From: Camelus ferus
Taxonomy: Eukaryota
Direction: 5' to 3'
Assembly (NCBI RefSeq): GCF_009834535.1
Contig: NC_045698.1
Span: forward strand, 1,180,001-1,244,000
Length of the DNA: 64,000 bases
Program-made: the position numbers and the translations under genes
The notes under the pieces: model-generated
The model's input: the letters and a program-made list of their open reading frames with translations, nothing else
Database searches by the model: none
Told to the model about the DNA's origin: nothing
Shown: one piece after another, positions 58,141 to 64,000 of the stretch
Numbering within the stretch: position 1 is the stretch's first letter
Layout: every line of letters begins with the position of its first letter

Positions 58141-61100
58141 ACTGTAACTGCAATAAGGTTTCACTTCTAATTTTGACTGAATCCGTCGGGACAAGGACGA
58201 AAGCCTCAGGCAGCTGGTGGTCCTCAGCCCGCGGCACGTGGCGTTGGCCCCCTTCCACCACACGGGGCCGAGGGGCGGTCGGGGTCGTCAGTGGACCTTC
58301 TCTGCGGCTCGTCTGGGCTGACTGATACTTTTTGGGCAGTTCTTGCAATAACTAAGAATTTTAAAATTCAGGAAGCAAAAAGGAGTTTTCAAGACATTTC
58401 TTTGTGTTTTCCTCCTGTGACAACATCAAGTCATCGAAAGCCGCCAGCCCGCTGCTTCTCGCGTCTTGACCCCACGGCCCCGAGCGGGAGACCCTGACTG
58501 GGGAGGAGCTTCGCCCTGCGCCACTAGAAACACGGAACTTCCCAAGTCCGCGGCTTTTCTCCAAGCGTGGAGAGAAGGGGTGGGGCCTGTTGGTTATTCG
58601 CGGCCTCTGTTTCCTTGGTTGCCTTCCAAGGGGGACGACATGGCCCTGACCCTGAACTCAGCCCCAAGAGTCTTTCGCGTTTTAGGATGAAGGGTCAGGC
58701 TTTCTGTGGGCAGGCGGTGCCCCGGGCTCCCGCTCCCCACCAGCCCTGTCCCTGATGGCAGGGAATTGCTGCCTGGAGGGGCCCAGCCCCGCCTGGTGTG
58801 AAGACACGGAGACGCGGGGGCTCAGCAGACGCTCAGGTCCCTGGGGAATCCCCCGCCCGCCGCCCGCTGGGGCCTCCAAACGCAGTTAGTGGACCTTCTG
58901 GATGAAAACCAGTCAGAGGACGTCTTGCACCTTGATGTTCACAGGCCACGTTCCCGGGGGTCCTGCCTCAGAGCCCCGAGCCGGGTCCGGGCCGACTGCC
59001 GGGGCCACTGGGGGTTCGGGACGTGAGGACTTGTCCTCGGGAGCAGGACTCGGGGGGGGGGGGTGTCCCAGACTGCGGCTCATGGTCAACCCCCCACAGA
59101 GAAGCTGGGTCAGCACACACAGGCTCTCTGGTGGCTCCTTCCAGCTGCAGGTGAGTTTACAACTATGTTAGCCAAAAAGGGCACGGACACTGTCCTTTCC
59201 TGCCCAGAGCCCCGCGCCCAGTGTCTCCCGCACGGCGGCCCTGCCCTCGGCCACCGTCCCAGCCCTAGAGGACAAAGGAACACTTACGTCAGGGAGGCAC
59301 CTAAGGAGAGAATCTGAGCAGCCCGTTGGGGAAGTTCCCTCCGGACAGAGGGATCCCCCTTGAGACCTCCTCTCATTAACTTTTCTGCGCTCTAACAATT
59401 TCACTTGAAAAGCTCTCTCAGAAGAGTGATCCTGTGACCCTCCACTTTGGTAACTGACCATCCTTCATGTACAAAGACCCTTAGGCACCCTGCACACACC
59501 TGGCATGGCTCGCACCGGTGGGCAGCCTGTGGGCAGGAGCCTGGACGCCTCACGAAACCGCGCGTGGCCCCTGGGCTCCTTGACCCTCTGACTGCCGGTC
59601 CTGCCCTTGCAGGAACGCCAGCAGGGAGCCGGGCAGGTGAACTTCTATCCTCCCAGACCCCAAGGCTGATAGTGAATGACGGACCCCCAGCCCCGCTCGC
59701 CAGTGTCCAGGAAATGCTGCTCCCCTGGGTGTCAGCAGGGAGACCTGTCGTCTCATCAAGACTCTCCACTTCGCGTCCAGCTGTAGCCTCTGACCGTGTC
59801 GTCCAGCAGAGTTTAGGGCGTCCCAAAGGCCCCCTCCTGTCGGTCCTTGCCGGTGATGGTGATGGATGGCCTTGGTGTGGTGGCCCCGAGGGCACCTTGT
59901 TAGGACCCATCCGCCGGAGCTGCTGCGCCACGCAGAGACGGGGGCCATCCCGGGGTCACCAGGCTCAGCGCCCCCATTCATCTCCCAGGCCTGGGACCTG
60001 TCATCCAGCTGCTGCGGCATCAGGCGTGTCCGCGAAGCCTGCGAGGTGTGAGGAACTGGGGGCGAGAGCACCCCACCCGCCTCCACCCCCGCCTGCCTCT
60101 GCCCACCTCCCGCTCAGCCCTTCCCTCTCAAAGTGCCTCGCCGGTCCCTGTGCTCGGAACCGCTGACGAATGAGTGCTTCCGGCTGAGGATGGGATATTT
60201 CTGTTTAGCACAACCCCAGCTCCTGATGGTAATGGAATGACCGGACTTTTCTGGGTAGCCTGGCATGGGCCGGCGTCCGGGGAGTCTGTTGGTCAGTGAA
60301 ACCTCGGACCACCGCCGCTGCCGGTTTGTGAGCCTGGAGCAGCTGCTCACTGCCGGGGCTCCGACCACTCTGCTTCTCCGCTGGGCACCTGCGGGGAACG
60401 GACCACCGCCTTCCACTCCCCAAGTCTATCACTAGCTAAGGGGAAACTGCTGTTCTCAAAACAGGTATGTCCTGGGGCTTTCCAGAGGACAGAGGCCGCG
60501 GGGCCAAACCCGGAGGGTGTTGAGAGATCCTCGCATCACATCTTCCTGCCCTGCTCCCTCCTCTTGTCTTGGGACAAGTGGCCTGACCACCAGCAGGTGC
60601 CAAACGCACAGAAGACACAGCCCTTCCACGTATGTCATGAGTTGTCCTGTTACGTCTTATTGGAGTCTAGACACCCAGTGCCTTCTGGGAAAAGACGCCT
60701 TCGGTGAGGCAGCCGACCCCCCTGCGACCCACAGCCCCGGGCCTGTCCATCCCCTCCGGGCGCCTCTGCCCGCTTACTCCGCATGGACTGGCCACGCTGC
60801 TCGCTCCCGCTGCGCCCACCAACAACCTGCGGCACCTGTGCGTGTTTTACTGGTGGATGTTGGCGGCCGGGGCCCGGGAGGTCCAGCTGATGCTGGCAGC
60901 ACGTTTCCACGGGACGCCGAGGTCCAGAGGTGGTCTGCCGGCCTCGGCCCGGACAGCTCAGTATTTCAGTAGTCCTTAATCCTAGTGATGGGCATGTCGG
61001 CAATTTTACTATAACAGCTTCACAATTAACAAAGTTCCACCATTCATTCTTAATTGTATATGAATTATATAAAACTATGTTATATTAATAAGATACAGTC

Positions 61101-61949
61101 ACACAGAAAGGGGCTGCCGTGCCTGCGGTCCCCCCGACCCCCGACTGAAGGAAGCCCCACGGGCCGCCGAGCAGGCCCGGCAGGAGGCGGTCCAGCCAAA
61201 CCACTGACCAGCAGGAGGTGGACACGCTTTGGTCTGAGCCTCGAGCTCGGCTGTGCTTGTTACGCAGTGATGATGACATGCAATCGATCAAAGCCGAGCG
61301 AGTGCGTCTCAGCCAGGCTCACGGAGCGACGCTTCAGTGGTGCCTCTGTGGCCGCTAACCAGGGCCGGCACACTGGAAAATCTTAACCTGGCAAAAAATA
61401 ATCTAAGTTGTAACTGAATTATGTCCACTTTGACCAGAGTTTATATGGTTTTGGCTACAGATTACAATATAAGGTAAAGAAAATTCACCTGCGTGTGTCA
61501 GTGTGCGGAGGGCCCGGGTCAGGAGTCATCTTTAGCCACCAGAGGCTGTCAGCACGCGGAGGCCGCTGCTGCCGCCCGAAGGCCGCGCTCCCCTGGGGGT
61601 CCCGCTCCGGCCCCCGACCAGGCCCGCAGCCCAGGGACCGAGAAAGCCTCTGCTCGCGGCTGCACACTAACGGGTTACGGGCAGCGGCGCTGCCTTAAGG
61701 GCTCGGTGATTCGGCGCCTGTTTCCTTCCCTGAAAGCCGCCCTGGCCTAAAGCAAGACTGGACAAGAGCGCCGTGTGTCCCCCTTGGCCGCCGCGAGGCC
61801 GCGGGCGGCATTGCCACTCTTTGGTCTTTGGACGTTTCTAACTCCTGGAGATTATGCCCCATCAGGCTTTATCTTCTAATCGATATGAAAGTTATACAAG
61901 GAAGCTGCTAATTTATTTGCATTTCTTACACCAACCCAATGAGCTCGAC

Positions 61950-63615
61950 TGAAACCAGCGTCCCTTGTGAAGCGCTCACTGCAGGTGAAAGCAGGCTGTC
62001 AGGACTGGCATCATCAGCATCTTCTCGCGGCGGAAGCTGTGAAACGCCGTGCAGCTCCGCAGCTGGCCCTCCTGCCGGCGGCTGCTCTGTGCCCAGGCTG
62101 TGGTGGGCTGGCACCTGCGGTCCGAGGGGCTGTGACGGGGGCGGAGCAGCAGGGAGGCTGTGCAGAGGGTGTCTCCTGAGTCCGCGGTGCCGCCCTGTCC
62201 ACAGCGTCCTGAGACCAGAGGGGAAGCACGTGCCTGGATTCACACGGGACCAGCTTGCCTTCCCGGAAGCAAACGTGTAGACGTAGTTTACAGATGCGCG
62301 AACATAAATGGGCTGGTACACATGTGAAATTTTCTTCTGAGTCGGCCAAGTGGTCCTAGAAGCAGGGCGGCCCGGCAGCAGTGAGCACGGCTCAGGCCCA
62401 GCCCTTTGCAGCGCCGTCCTCCAGGGAAGGAACCAGGGGACGAAGTGATCAGGATCAGCCTGGAGCATCTGGTGGCGCCAGAAAGTAAGAAAGTGCTTAA
62501 AAAATTGAAAAAACAACCCCCAAACCCCAGACAAAGAAAAGGCCACGATGATGGGAGCACATCGAAGGGACACAGGAACAAAGTGAAGGAGCGCCAACAG
62601 GACAAACTGGAACGTTTAGAGCAAGAAAAAAAGTAGCATTGGATTATAACCCAAATATAAAATAAATATCCATGAGTCTATAATGATATAAATAATTGAC
62701 TGCATCAAAAACTAAACAGGAGAGAAGAGACAAAGCTCCTGCAGAGTCATACACAATGGACCCTTGAACAAAGTGGGGTTTGGGGCGCCAGCCCTCTGCA
62801 CGGCGGACGATCTGCGTACAGTTGCGCAGTCGGCCCCCCCCCCATGCGTGTACAGGGTCCCTCTGTGCCCACCTGGCCGTGGGCTGTGTGGTGCTTTAGC
62901 TCTTACTGCTGAAAAAGAGCCACACGGAAGTTGATCCTCGCAGTTCAAACCCATGCTGTTCAAGCTCAGCTGCGTGTAGCTGCTTTGCCCTCATGCAGGT
63001 GAAGCACAACCCTCCGTGCCTTGAGGGTGGGCTGTGCAGTGACCTCTTGCACAGGCTACGGTGTGCAGAGGAGGAGAGTGGACGGGCCTGGTGGGCACGA
63101 CCTCAGCCAGGGGCTCAAGGTCGACCTCAGTAGTCATGTCACGTCAGCAGTGTGTACACTTGGTACAACGTGATGCTCGATGCTCTTTTCCCCAAACCCA
63201 TAACCCCAGTCTACTTATTAAAAAAAAAAATCAAAACACATTCTAATAGAAGGACGTTCTATAAGACACCTGACCCATACTCCTCAGAACCGCCCAGATC
63301 ATCAAAAACAGGGGAAGTGTGAGAAACCATCATCTGAGAAGTCTGAAGAGACATGGCAGCTAAAGGTACATGGTAGCGTACACAGGACCCTGTAGCAGCA
63401 CAAAGATATCTAAGGAATCCAAATTAAACAAGTGCTTTAGTTAATAATAATGTGTCAATATTGGTCCATTAATGCAAACACATACACCATAAGGACGGAA
63501 GCTGTTGTTAACACGAGCCCCTGGCGTGCGGTGTCTGAGAACTCTCCCTCCTGTCCTCACGATTTTCTCTTAGTCTAAAATTGTTCCGAAATAAAGCATT
63601 TATGTAAAAGCAAAA
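61950..63615 (+). mobile_element. L1MC-type 3' UTR, interrupted by a Tigger MITE
   Basis: 'gcctggagcatctggtggcgccagaaagtaagaaagtgct', 'ttggattataacccaaatataaaataaatatccatgagtc', 'ccccaaacccataaccccagtcta', 'ttagttaataataatgtgtcaatattgg', end 'tctaaaattgttccgaaataaa'. Confidence 0.88.
62754..62972. mobile_element. Tigger2/MER8-family DNA-transposon MITE
   Basis: Decayed TIRs caatggacccttgaacaa ... ctgttcaagctcagctg, with internal 'cgcagttcaaacccatgctgttcaag'. Confidence 0.85.
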
Positions 63616-64000
63616 AGAAAGGAGCTGCCGCTTCCTACCAACCCGAAGTGACACAGAGTGGTTTACCCTCACGCCTGAGGAAAATGCAGACAGTTTTTCA
63701 AAACACTGAGGAAACAGAAGTTCTCAAAGCACGATGAGGAGCACTGGCCCCTGGGGTACTGGACGCAAGCGAGGTGGGCCCAGCATCGTGCAGCTGGCTG
63801 TCTGGACAGCTCTGCGTGTGGCGCAGGGAGGGGCTTGCCGAGTGGAGGGGCTGGAGATGCGAGTTTGGCAGCCAGAGAGCAGAGGACAGTACCAGGGAGA
63901 GAGAGAGAGAGAAAGAGGGAGTGAGAGGGGCAGAGAGCATGAGTGGGCGTGCGAGCACTGCTCAGACACTGAGGGTCACCCTTGGGTGTGCAGTGACGGC

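Noticed and set aside
62406..62636. Lys/Glu-rich 76-aa ORF
   Set aside because: Lies wholly within an A-rich L1MC 3' UTR.

Overview
Mammalian nuclear DNA, not prokaryotic. It is most likely camelid (alpaca/llama/camel), judged from a Vic-1-type tRNA-derived SINE and camelid/cetartiodactyl-type L1 3' ends and LTRs, all recognised by eye from remembered consensus sequences. The window is GC/CpG-rich, subtelomere-like and apparently gene-poor. I could not recognise any intact protein-coding gene: the listed ORFs are mostly chance ORFs in GC-rich DNA or decayed LINE-1 pieces. Roughly a quarter to a third of the window is recognisable transposon relics (L1 of several ages, HAL1, L2, MIR, MLT1, MLT2, ERV1/ERVL LTRs, Tigger- and MER96-type MITEs). 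The main non-repeat features are (i) a CpG island at about 40.4-40.9 kb with two convergent CTCF-like motifs, followed by a G-skewed tract and a chain of candidate + strand exons that could encode a lncRNA or a 58-aa micropeptide, and (ii) several AT-rich, homeodomain/SOX-motif-rich blocks that look like conserved enhancers. The most striking window-wide signal is patchy, strong AT-to-GC conversion of old repeats, suggestive of GC-biased gene conversion. Repeat boundaries are approximate and subfamily names are tentative. I found no well-supported novel biological system; the findings are hypotheses.
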